Shown piece by piece: positions 24,701 to 35,703 of a stretch of 64,000 nt of DNA. Below the pieces are notes generated by a model that worked only from the letters and a program-made list of their open reading frames with translations, did not search any database and was not told the DNA's origin. The stretch comes from Asterias rubens (lineage: Eukaryota): NCBI RefSeq assembly GCF_902459465.1, contig NW_022985694.1, positions 1-64,000 on the forward strand. Reading direction: 5' to 3'. Every line of letters starts with the position of its first letter. The stretch's first letter is position 1. A program made the translations under genes and the position numbers.

Positions 24701-27700
24701 GGTCCAATCTGCCTTTCAACTTGCTATATAGTTTTCCAGCTGGTTCTCTTCAATTTATATTTTTATATATGTATTTTCTACAACTGTGTGCTGTTTTTTA
24801 CATTTCCTACAATATTTTGCAATTACAATCAGAATACATGTACGTAACGCTTTGCCTCAATTTACCATTTTTTGTTTGCCTCTAACTACATATTTAAAAT
24901 TACTATTAGACTCATCTAGGTTTCCATGGAATAATTTTCAACTAAGTGGAAACCATTGTGTTAGACCCAACAGGATTCTATTTAGCGGGACCCAACGGGA
25001 TCCCGTTCAGCGGAACCCACATGATCTAATGGGATCCCATTTAGCAGGATCAAACGGGATCCAATTCAGTGAGACGATACGCAATCCCATTCAGCGTGGT
25101 CCAATGGGATCCCATTCAGTGAGACGCAATGGGATCCCATTCAGCGGGGTCCAATGGGATCTCATTCAGTGGGGTCCAATGGGATCTCATTCAGTGGGGT
25201 CCAATGGGATCTCATTCAGTGGGGTCCAATGGGATCCCATTCAGCGGGGTCCAATGGGATCCCATTCAGTGAGAGGCAATGGGATCCCATTCAGCGGGAT
25301 CCAATCAGCGGGGTCCAATGGGATCCCATTCAGTGAGACGCAATGGGATCCCATTCAGCGGGGTCCAATGGGATCCCATTCAGTGAGGTCCAATGGGATC
25401 CCATTCAGTGGGGTCCAATGGGATCCCATTCAGTGAGACGCAATGGGATCCCATTCAGTGGGGTCCAATGGGATCCCATTCAGTGGGGTCCAATGGGATC
25501 CCATTCAGCGGGGTCCAATGGGATCCCATTCAGTGGGGTTCAATGGAATCCCATTCAGTGGAATCCAATGGGATCCCATTCTGCAGGGTACAATGGGATC
25601 CCAGTTAGTGGGGTCCAATGGGATCCCATTCAGTAAGAGACAACGGGATCCCATTCAGCTGGTCCCAATAGGATCCCATTCTGCATGATCCAACGGGATC
25701 CCATTCAGCGGGGACTAATGGGATCCCATTCAGTGAGAGGCAATGGGATCCCATTCATCTGGTCCCAATGGGATCCCATTCTGCAGGATCCAACGGGATC
25801 CCATTCTGCAGGGTCCAATGGGATCCCAGTTAGTGGGGTCCAATCTGCCTTTCAACTTGCTATATAATTTTCCAGCTGGTTCTCTTCAATTTATATTTTT
25901 ATATATGTATTTTCTACAACTGTGCGCTGTATTTTACATTTCCTACAATATTTTGCAATTACAATCAGAATACATGTACGTAACGCTTTGCCTCAATTTA
26001 GGGATCCAGCGGGATCCAATCAGCGGGGTCCAATGGGATCCCATTCAGTGAGACGCAATGGGATCCCATTCAGCGGGGTCCAATGGGATCCCATTCAGTG
26101 AGGTCCAATGGGATTCCATTCAGTGGGGTCCAATGGGATCCCATTCAGTGAGACGCAATGGGATCCCATTCAGTGGGGTCCAATGGGATCCCATTCAGTG
26201 GGGTCCAATGGGATCCCATTCAGCGGGGTCCAATGGGATCCCATTCAGTGGGGTTCAATGGAATCCCATTCAGTGGAATCCAATGGGATCCCATTCTGCA
26301 GGGTACAATGGGATCCCAGTTAGTGGGGTCCAATGGGATCCCATTCAGTAAGAGGCAACGGGATCCCATTCAGCTGGTCCCAATAGGATCCCATTCTGCA
26401 TGATCCAACGGGATCCCATTCAGCGGGGACTAATGGGATCCCATTCAGTGAGAGGCAATGGGATCCCATTCAGCTGGTCCCAATGGGATCCCATTCTGCA
26501 GGATCCAACGGGATCCCATTCTGCAGGGTCCAATGGGATCCCAGTTAGTGGGGTCCAATCTGCCTTTCAACTTGCTATATAGTTTTCCAGCTGGTTCTCT
26601 TCAATTTATATTTTTATATATGTATTTTCTACAACTGTGTGCTGTTTTTTACATTTCCTACAATATTTTGCAATTACAATCAGAATACATGTACGTAACG
26701 CTTTGCCTCAATTTACCATTTTTTGTTTGCCTCTAACTACATATTTAAAATTAATATTAGACTCATCTAGGTTTCCATGGAATAATTTTCAACTAAGTGG
26801 AAACCATTGTGTTAGACCCAACAGGATTCTATTTAGCGGGACCCAACGGGATCCCGTTCAGCGGAACCCACATGATCTAATGGGATCCCATTTAGCAGGA
26901 TCAAACGGGATCCAATTCAGTGAGACGATACGCAATCCCATTCAGCGTGGTCCAATGGGATCCCATTCAGTGAGACGCAATGGGATCCCATTCAGCGGGG
27001 TCCAATGGGATCTCATTCAGTGGGGTCCAATGGGATCTCATTCAGTGGGGTCCAATGGGATCTCATTCAGTGGGGTCCAATGGGATCCCATTCAGCGGGG
27101 TCCAATGGGATCCCATTCAGTGAGAGGCAATGGGATCCCATTCAGCGGGATCCAATCAGCGGGGTCCAATGGGATCCCATTCAGTGAGACGCAATGGGAT
27201 CCCATTCAGCGGGGTCCAATGGGATCCCATTCAGTGAGGTCCAATGGGATCCCATTCAGTGGGGTCCAATGGGATCCCATTCAGTGAGACGCAATGGGAT
27301 CCCATTCAGTGGGGTCCAATGGGATCCCATTCAGTGGGGTCCAATGGGATCCCATTCAGCGGGGTCCAATGGGATCCCATTCAGTGGGGTTCAATGGAAT
27401 CCCATTCAGTGGAATCCAATGGGATCCCATTCTGCAGGGTACAATGGGATCCCAGTTAGTGGGGTCCAATGGGATCCCATTCAGTAAGAGACAACGGGAT
27501 CCCATTCAGCTGGTCCCAATAGGATCCCATTCTGCATGATCCAACGGGATCCCATTCAGCGGGGACTAATGGGATCCCATTCAGTGAGAGGCAATGGGAT
27601 CCCATTCAGCTGGTCCCAATGGGATCCCATTCTGCAGGATCCAACGGGATCCCATTCTGCAGGGTCCAATGGGATCCCAGTTAGTGGGGTCCAATCTGCC

Positions 27701-28823
27701 TTTCAACTTGCTATATAATTTTCCAGCTGGTTCTCTTCAATTTATATTTTTATATATGTATTTTCTACAACTGTGTGCTGTATTTTACATTTCCTACAAT
27801 ATTTTGCAATTACAATCAGAATACATGTACGTAACGCTTTGCCTCAATTTAGGGATCCAGCGGGATCCAATCAGCGGGGTCCAATGGGATCCCATTCAGT
27901 GAGACGCAATGGGATCCCATTCAGCGGGGTCCAATGGGATCCCATTCAGTGAGGTCCAATGGGATCCCATTCAGTGGGGTCCAATGGGATCCCATTCAGT
28001 GAGACGCAATGGGATCCCATTCAGTGGGGTCCAATGGGATCCCATTCAGTGGGGTCCAATGGGATCCCATTCAGCGGGGTCCAATGGGATCCCATTCAGT
28101 GGGGTTCAATGGAATCCCATTCAGTGGAATCCAATGGGATCCCATTCTGCAGGGTACAATGGGATCCCATTCTGCATGATCCAACGGGATCCCATTCAGC
28201 GGGGACTAATGGGATCCCAATCAGTGAGAGGCAATGGGATCCCATTCAGCTGGTCCCAATGGGATCCCATTCTGCAGGATCCAACGGGATCCCATTCTGC
28301 AGGGTCCAATGGGATCCCAGTTAGTGGGGTCCAATGGGATCCCATTCAGTAAGAGGCAACGGGATCCCATTCAGCTGGTCCCAATGGGATCCCATTCTGT
28401 AGGATCCAACGGGATCCCATTCAGCTGGTCCCAATAGGATCCCATTCAGCAGGTACCCAACAGGATCCCATTTAGTGGGGTCCAATGGGATCCCATTCTG
28501 CGGGATCCAACGGGATTCCATTCAGCAGGACCCAACGGGATCCCATTCAGCAGGACCCAACAGGATCCCATTCAGCAGGACCCAACGGGATCCCATTCAG
28601 CAGGATCCCATTGAAGTGGATAGTCTCAATGGAATTTTGGGAGATAGGATCCCGTTAGGTCCCATAGAATCGGATCCCGTTGGGTCCTGTTTAACGGGAT
28701 CCCGTTGGCTCACTTTCAGTTGGACCCAACGGGATCCCATTGTCCCAATTTCCAATGGGATCCAGTTCAATGGGATCCCGTTGGATCTTGTTCAACGGGA
28801 TTCAACTGGATTTTTCTCCTGGG
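21717..28823. repeat. Minisatellite of a 25-bp unit with a palindromic core (AATGGGATCCCATT plus an 11-bp variable segment), organised as higher-order repeats A (1136 bp) and B (715 bp) in the order A-A-B-A-B-A-B'
   Basis: Units such as aatgggatcccattcagtggggtcc, aatgggatcccattcagcggggtcc and aatgggatcccattcagtgagacgc. An AT-rich block (caatctgcctttcaacttgc...) recurs at ~21717, 22853, 23989, 24704, 25840, 26555 and 27691. ORF-track offsets of 1136 and 1851 confirm the periods. Confidence 0.96.
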
Positions 28824-28973
28824 GAAGTACATGTATTGTCAACGCAGCTTGGTGGTGTATCCCTGAAATGCGATAGTTGGACAGCTGTCATACATATCAG
28901 TCACAATATGCTCTTCTTAGCTACCAAAATGACCTTATTTGTTAATGTATTTTTTTACTCTTTTTTTCTCTAG

Positions 28974-30660
28974 ACAATTTTCAGCAGCAGGTTCTGCAGA
29001 AACTGCAGAAACTGGAAGATGTGCAGGCCCAGATAGTTGATATGCTGGCAAACCTGGCAAAATCATCAGCAACTACACGGGTAGGTCCTGCCGACCTGCA
29101 GGAGCCCTTATTGGAACCTGTAAAGACAATGCAGGAATTCGACGTGCTCGAAATGAGACTCGCAGAGTCAGATTTTAAGAAGAGAATGGTAAGTTTAAAA
29201 ATACTTGCATACTAACTTGGCATTATTTAACCATCCATTCAAATGATGTTTGTTTTTCCTTTTTGTCCAGCTTTAATTATATAAACCTTGAATATCCGGA
29301 GTTTTTGATTTATACATGCCTTGATTACTTAATTGCCATGTTTAAAAAAAAAAGGGAAAAGCTGCAAATTGTGCAAATGATAAATTAATATTTACTGCAT
29401 CAGGGTGACTCGGTGAGGTTTTAGTAGGAGAAACATTCATAGTACTGTATGGAAATGAGAAGGTTGACTCCTATTTTTGTGAGAATCTGCAGCATTGTAA
29501 TTGATAATGGTACTTTTAATTTCAGATCAACTACCCGAGTCTAGTCGGCGGTGCCAATATTGCCCAAACAAGTCGGCGTTTCATGAAAAAGCTGGGGTCA
29601 AATAATCTTTGGTCGGATTTCAACGTGTTTGGGCGGAAGGGGAAGCGTGGTCTGAAGTCGACCAGATTTTATCCAGTCATTGTCAGTAAGTGATCAATTA
29701 GTATGATCAATTAGCCAATTTCAATTTCACTTTTATATGTTTCTGGATTCACCTGAAGAGTTACAATGATTGGGGATCAATTGGACATTGATAGTCTCTA
29801 GCAACCTAACTACCTTACACATTTATTCAACCTGTAGTTTGTTATTGTTAACATTCTGCATTATCAAAAACTAGAATTTAAGCATATTCTTTTTATACAA
29901 TTTGTCAATTCCTTATCCCCTTCTTTGATTCTCTTTTAAAAGTACCTTATAACTATTTATTTTCTGTCTTTCAGGAGCCTGCGTAATGACACACAAGGGC
30001 GCCAAAGAGACGGAGACTGAAGAAGTCCTAGGGGACTTTCTCAAGCGAACCCCATATCTTCCAGCAGGGAGGAAATGCAAGGTAAATTTCAAAGTGCATT
30101 CAACCTTTTTTGACAAATTTTTGCTTCGACATTAACCCTAATACCATTGGGCTTTTTTGATCACATGAGTCCATTGGGGGGGGGGGGCACAATGTGCCAC
30201 CCCCCCCCCCCACGGGATTAGGGTTTTAAAAAAAAACGTATATTTCACAGTTATCTTTTAATTGAATGAGTGAAAACTCTGTAGTTACGTGTGAGTGCCC
30301 TTTGAAAGGGATGGACCCATTATCCAGCCAAAATTATCTGTAAAACAATATTGTACATGAAGCACATCATTAGTCCAGTTTTGCCCTTGTTGATGGGGGT
30401 GGCTGGATTCACCTCACTGCCACCCTAACTTATCCAGTCGTCAGTTTTTAGGTTTCGAGACTTCATATTTTTGGGATTTTATGGTATAGTTGAAATGAAC
30501 ATTTAATTTATACATAAGTGTTTGCTCTGATTTGCAGAAACCTGATACCGTTGGGGCTGGAGTTCCAGCTGTCGCTGCCGAAGATGTTGCCGAAGATGTT
30601 GCAACAGATGCTGATGTTGCAGATGCTACTGAAGACGAGGAGGGTGCCATGGATAATTGA
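28974..30660 (+). CDS. 3' exons of a DUF4806-like protein (transposon-associated accessory family); 5' exons not identified
   Basis: Phase-compatible exons 28974-29188, 29526-29685, 29975-30081 and 30538-30660 splice into an open frame: ..PVKTMQEFDVLEMRLAESDFKKRMINYPSLVGGANIAQTSRRFMKKLGSNNLWSDFNVFGRKGKRGLKSTRFYPVIVRAC..ETEEVLGDFLKRTP.. with an acidic tail and a TGA stop. The family call comes from motif recognition, not a search. Confidence 0.7.
30136..30223. mobile_element. Tiny piggyBac-like MITE remnant in an intron
   Basis: TTAA|CCCTAAT...ATTAGGG|ttttaa, with an internal G-run/gcac-aat-gtgc/C-run hairpin. The right TTAA is imperfect. Confidence 0.35.
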
Positions 30661-31730
30661 AAAGGATAAACGCTGATGACATCTGTTCTCGATTCACTTT
30701 GTAGTTACATACACTCAAAAAAATGAATCTCACCTGAAGTAAGTATTAAACAAATTAAATTAGTCGATATTACTTAAAGGTATGTTTTTGTTGACTTTAT
30801 GGAAATCCTTTAGTTAGAAAAACTTAAAATTTGAAAAAGTTTGTAACACTTAGTTACTTTAGTTGTAACGATGCGAAAAAAAGAGTAAAGCCAACATCAT
30901 TCAAAATTTAGTTAATAATTATTAGTTACTTTGATTAATTGTTACTTGAAAAAAACACGCAATCAAATGTACAAGCTTCATTTAAGCACTAAATACTTAG
31001 ATTGTAATACCATATTTTTAACTTGAAATATTTACGTAATCTCAAATTGGGTAAAACTGAAAATATGATTAAGATTGTATTACTTGGTTACTTAAGTTGT
31101 ATTAAATAAAAAATACGAGTAAAGTTAACAACTTATTGTTACACACTTTAATAAATAACTACTTAAAAACAACTCAATTATATGAACTACTTTGATTGAA
31201 ATATCATTTAAATTAAAATAATAATAACGTTATCCAACTCGGGTAAGAGTCTAAAACTTGATTTTGCAAGCTATTATTTGCTCGCTTAAGTTTTAACGAT
31301 TAAAAAATATGTGTTCAGTCAACGATTTTCAAAATGGATTTAATCATTTTAAACTAAAATCATATGAGCTGGATTCTTAAGGTAAGAAACACATAGATTA
31401 TGCTGAATGCTATAGCCTGTGAGTATTGCCTCTAAATTCAGTTCACTCTGCTGCAAAATGCCGGGGGATAAACTTTTGACCTCTCAAGCCCATCAAACAA
31501 TACATGTGCATGTAAATACAGTACATGTATTTTTCTGTGTACATGGTACATAAAATTATACATGAGTTAAACAAGATCCAGGAAAAAGTCAGGTGACCAG
31601 TCTAGCGAAATACAATCACCCAGACACACAGCGTACTTCGTGGTACCACACGTACAGCGTCGTCACACACAAGTCACAACACGTTGCCGAGTGCCACTGT
31701 CAACATCTACCACGTGTATACTCAGTCAAG

Positions 31731-34700
31731 GTAAGAACAATTGATTTTATGTGCATTTTCCCCTGTATTTTGTTACAATAATGTAGTTGTACCTTGTAGC
31801 TCTAGTGTAGATGATTCTTCCTCCGTGACTAGTTTATATTTCTATCTTCTCCATGTTTTTTGTTTCATTTCTGATAAACTAATTCGAATTTAAAACTTGA
31901 CATTGGTGGTTATGGTGGGCCGGACTGAGCAATGACATACACTACGTACAGTTGGCTGCTTGTATAGGATGATACATATACTAAACATGTACTTTTCTTG
32001 TTTTACTGACATTTAAAATTACTTTTAAGACTTACTGAATCTGTTAATTTATCAACATGCCTGTATGATATCGTCAGTCGGATTATTGACCTCTTCATCA
32101 CACTCACATTTCACAAAATTGAACAATAACTAGGCTAAGTATAAGTGAGTTAGTTTTACTTTCACAATTATGAATATGGGTTGAATTTAAATATTTTGAG
32201 TTGTGCTTAATGACAAAGTTAAGTAAAATTAACGTGGACAATAAGTGAGTTAGTTTTACTTTCACACTTTTGTGAATATGGGTTTGAATTTAAGTATTTT
32301 GAGTTGTGCTTAATGACAAAGTTCAGTAAAGTTAATGTTGACAAAAGGTGAGTTAGTTTTACTTTCACACTGTCAAAGTGTGAAAGACAAACTAACTCAT
32401 TGGGCATTGCTCCTATAAATTATGTATTGTAATTCAATGAAGTAGTTTATTCAGTCAGAGAATAGCAATTCTGCATGTCATAATATTTTCAAAGTTTGTG
32501 TGCGCATTCCCACTGACATTTGAGCAGCAAAAAGTTTTTTTTTAATTGTTGGATCTCATGTTTCATAGAATTAGCTAGATTTTTGTAATACGTGTTCTGG
32601 TATTTCATGGTTTTGTTTTCTGCAGTACGTGGTTATGTGGAAATGTAAGGACTGCATCTTTCAAACTCGAAGGAAGTCAACATTATATAAACACTACAAG
32701 CTTCAGCACGGTCATTATGGTCCAAGTAATCCCCAACCATGTTTGTACAATGACTGTCCATGCAGATTTAAAACAAGTGCAGCCTTACAAACACATATGT
32801 CGAGATATCACTTGCAAGATGAATGTATTCAAAAACCCAATTGCTTTTAAATGTCATGTGTGTGAGAAGAATGATATTACCACAGAAAAAACATTCTTTG
32901 ACCATTTACATAAACATTTAAAGAATAATGAAACTGTTGTTTGTGCGTTTCACGGTTGTAGTTTTACAACAAATGTGAGTGGCACATTCAGATCCCATAA
33001 GAGTAGAACACACACACCACACACTCTGGCAGACTTCAAAATTAAGATTGTACAGCATCCAGGATGCCACACTGATGTTGATTCACAAGACACATGCTTT
33101 CCCAGAGAGTTACATGTAGAAGATGTTAAAGAAGGTGAAGACTTGTATGCAGAAGACAATTCTGAAGACCTTCATGTAAATCGATCCACACAAGCCATTG
33201 AACGAACATTTGCAGCGCTTTTACTAAAACTGGAGAACATACTTCATGTATCAAGTAAAGCAGTTGACGAGTTGGTCACTGAGTTGGAATTTATTATCAC
33301 CTCTGTTTCTACGCTTGACATACAAGGCATACTCGAAGAAACCTTGAAAAAACATAACTGTAATATTGACAAAGCTGTCATTGAAGAATTAGCAAATTCA
33401 GTTAATGCGACTAATCCCATCATCACGGCAATTGGAAAGGATGGTCCTCTTGCAACTGCATATAAAAGGAAAGAGTATTATAGAAAACACTTCAGTGTTG
33501 TACAGCCTGTTGAATACATACTCAATGCAAAGGAAAACATTACCTATCAGTATGTTCCGATTCTGCAATCATTGCAACAAGTACTAAATGTAAATGAAAT
33601 CCTCGATAAAGTGCTGAATATTGATGAAAGTGGACAAAATGAAGCTGTTGATGATATGCCACAATATAAATCATTTCGGGATGGAAATTTCTTCAAAGAA
33701 AATAGGCTTTTGTCTGGAGAAGAGTTTCAAATTTTTGTTGGCCTTTATGTAGATGATTTTGAAGTGTGTAATCCCCTGGGCACGTCAAAAAAGAAACACA
33801 AAGTTTGTGCAGTGTATTGGGTCTTGTCAGATTTGCCACTCAAGTACCGTTCTTCTTTGACTTCAATTAATCTAGCCGTTTTGTGTAAAAGTGTCGATGT
33901 GAAGAAGTATGGATTCAGTCAAGTTTTGGAACCACTTATAAAGGATCTTGTCACCTTAGAAACAAATGGTGTCTTTATTTCAAAATTGGGAAAACATATA
34001 AAGGGCACTGTTCAGTGTGTGGCAGCAGACAATCTAGGAGCCCATAGTCTTGCCGGATTTGTTGAAAGCTTTTCTGGTCATTATGTCTGCAGATTTTGCA
34101 CAGGAAAACACAGTGACTTTCAGTCGAAGGAAGTTAGATCTGGTGCCTTCCAGTTGCGAACTAAAGGAGAGCATTCTGAACATGTTAAAACTTCACTGGA
34201 GGATGAAGCCATGAACAATTGCTATGGAGTAAAACGTGACTGTGCCTTGACTAAAAAACTCAGTAACTTCCATGTCTTGACAGGCTATCCTCCTGATGTA
34301 TTACACGATATTTTTGAAGGAATTGTTCCAGTTGAACTTGCACGCTGCCTCCGTGTACTTATCTCCAAGAACTACTTCACACTTGATGAACTGAATGATG
34401 TGATCAAGCACTTCCCCTACAAATGGGCTGATAAAAGAAACTCTCCACAGCTTATTCCTGACAAATTTTTAACCACAATCCATGGTAACGCACATGAGAA
34501 CTGGGCCTTGCTAAGATTACTTCCTTTTTTTGTTGGAACTAGGATACCCCATGGGGAGCCAGCATGGGAGATCTTAATGGATTTGAAAGATATAGTTGAA
34601 CTAGTTGTGGCACCTGTTCACACTGAAGAATCCATTGCATTTCTAGATTGCAAAATTTCTGAGCACCGCCAGAAATTTCAAGTAGTTTTCCCTGATGTAA

Positions 34701-35692
34701 AATTGATTCCCAAACATCACTTCATTGAACACTATCCCCAACTGATTCGCTCATGGGGTCCTCTTGTGGCTTTGTGGACAATGCGATATGAAGCCAAACA
34801 CAGCTTTTTTAAGCAAGTTGCCCGCTACACAAATTGCTTCAAGAACAGATTGTTGTCACTTGCAGTAAAGCATCAGTTTATGTTATCACACCACTTCAAT
34901 TCTTCATGGACCACCAAAACTGCTATAGAAGTGTCTAACGTCTCAAATGTACCCTTAGTTGTGTTAAGGGATGATATCAAACGGGTTGTAAAACAGAAAC
35001 ATCCTCAACTGAGAACCGTACCTCTATCAAAGAGGGCATCCTACTATGGAACAAACTATGTAGTTGGAATGATTCTTACTACAGGGTCTACTGCAGGTCT
35101 CCCAGACTTTGTTGAAATTGTCCATCTTATAATTCTGCAAGATAACCTTAGCTTTGTTGTCAGGAGGCTGAGTGCATGGTACACAGAACACCTCAGATCA
35201 TTTGAGTTAGTATCATCTGTAAATGAACTTGATGTTTTGGACATCAATGAATTGACTGACTACTACCCTTTGGTATCATATACAGTTGGAGGGAAGTGTA
35301 TGGTAACTCTGAAGAGATACAATCCAACAAGCTAATTATTATAGGTACAGTGTAACTAAACAGACAAAATGTGTACATATTTTACTATAGCATGTACAGG
35401 TATAAAAAGATCCATTGTGGATGGTTTTGTTTATGACTGCATAGTTTTACTGTGCCACTCATCTCTGCATATTGGACAATAATTATTCTGGAAATTAAGA
35501 CACTTTTAGATAAAGTATAGGTGATTTTAAAACTAAATTGTTGAGCTTTTCCTTAACAAAAATAACAAAATGGGTGAAGGCAATCAGGAGAAAGTTTAAC
35601 ACATTGAAAAGCCTGCTTTGTGTCATTGCCCCTCAGTTATAACTTTTGAAAGATACACATGTATTTATGGGGTTTTTTTGGGTTTGTTTCAG
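31731..35692 (+). promoter_or_regulatory. Putative alternative intron of element B: donor at 31731 with alternative acceptors at 32625 (transposase) and 35692 (accessory gene)
   Basis: Donor ctcagtcaag|gtaaga; acceptors ttttgttttctgcag|tacgtggttATG and ggtttgtttcag|actcaatcagcATG. Each acceptor lies 9-11 nt upstream of an ATG. Confidence 0.5.
32635..35335 (+). CDS. EnSpm/CACTA-type DDE transposase of element B with several N-terminal C2H2 zinc fingers (~900 aa; one +1 frameshift near 32835)
   Basis: MWKCKDC..H..LQH and CLYNDC..HMSRYH (ORF 32629) join KCHVC..HLHKH and CAFHGC..HKSRTH (ORF 32717). Core motifs LYVDDFEVCNPLG, AADNLGAH..GF.ESF..HYVCRFC, DVLHDIFEG and WTMRYEAKH. Confidence 0.92.
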
Positions 35693-35703
35693 ACTCAATC
35701 AGC

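Noticed and set aside
21979-28620. CRISPR array
   Set aside because: Spacers are only ~11 bp, come from a few re-used variants and are co-amplified in higher-order units. There are no cas genes and the context is eukaryotic.
21799-28876. Collagen-like or repeat proteins (GPMGSH.., GSNGIP.., QWDPIQ..) in the ORF track
   Set aside because: These are translations of a 25-bp unit cycling through all three frames, with no stable Gly-X-Y register, signal peptide or splice support.
32820-32850. Programmed ribosomal frameshift in the element B transposase
   Set aside because: The shift needed is +1 at a homopolymer, no stimulatory structure is evident, and similar indels occur throughout the window. 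Error or mutation is simpler.
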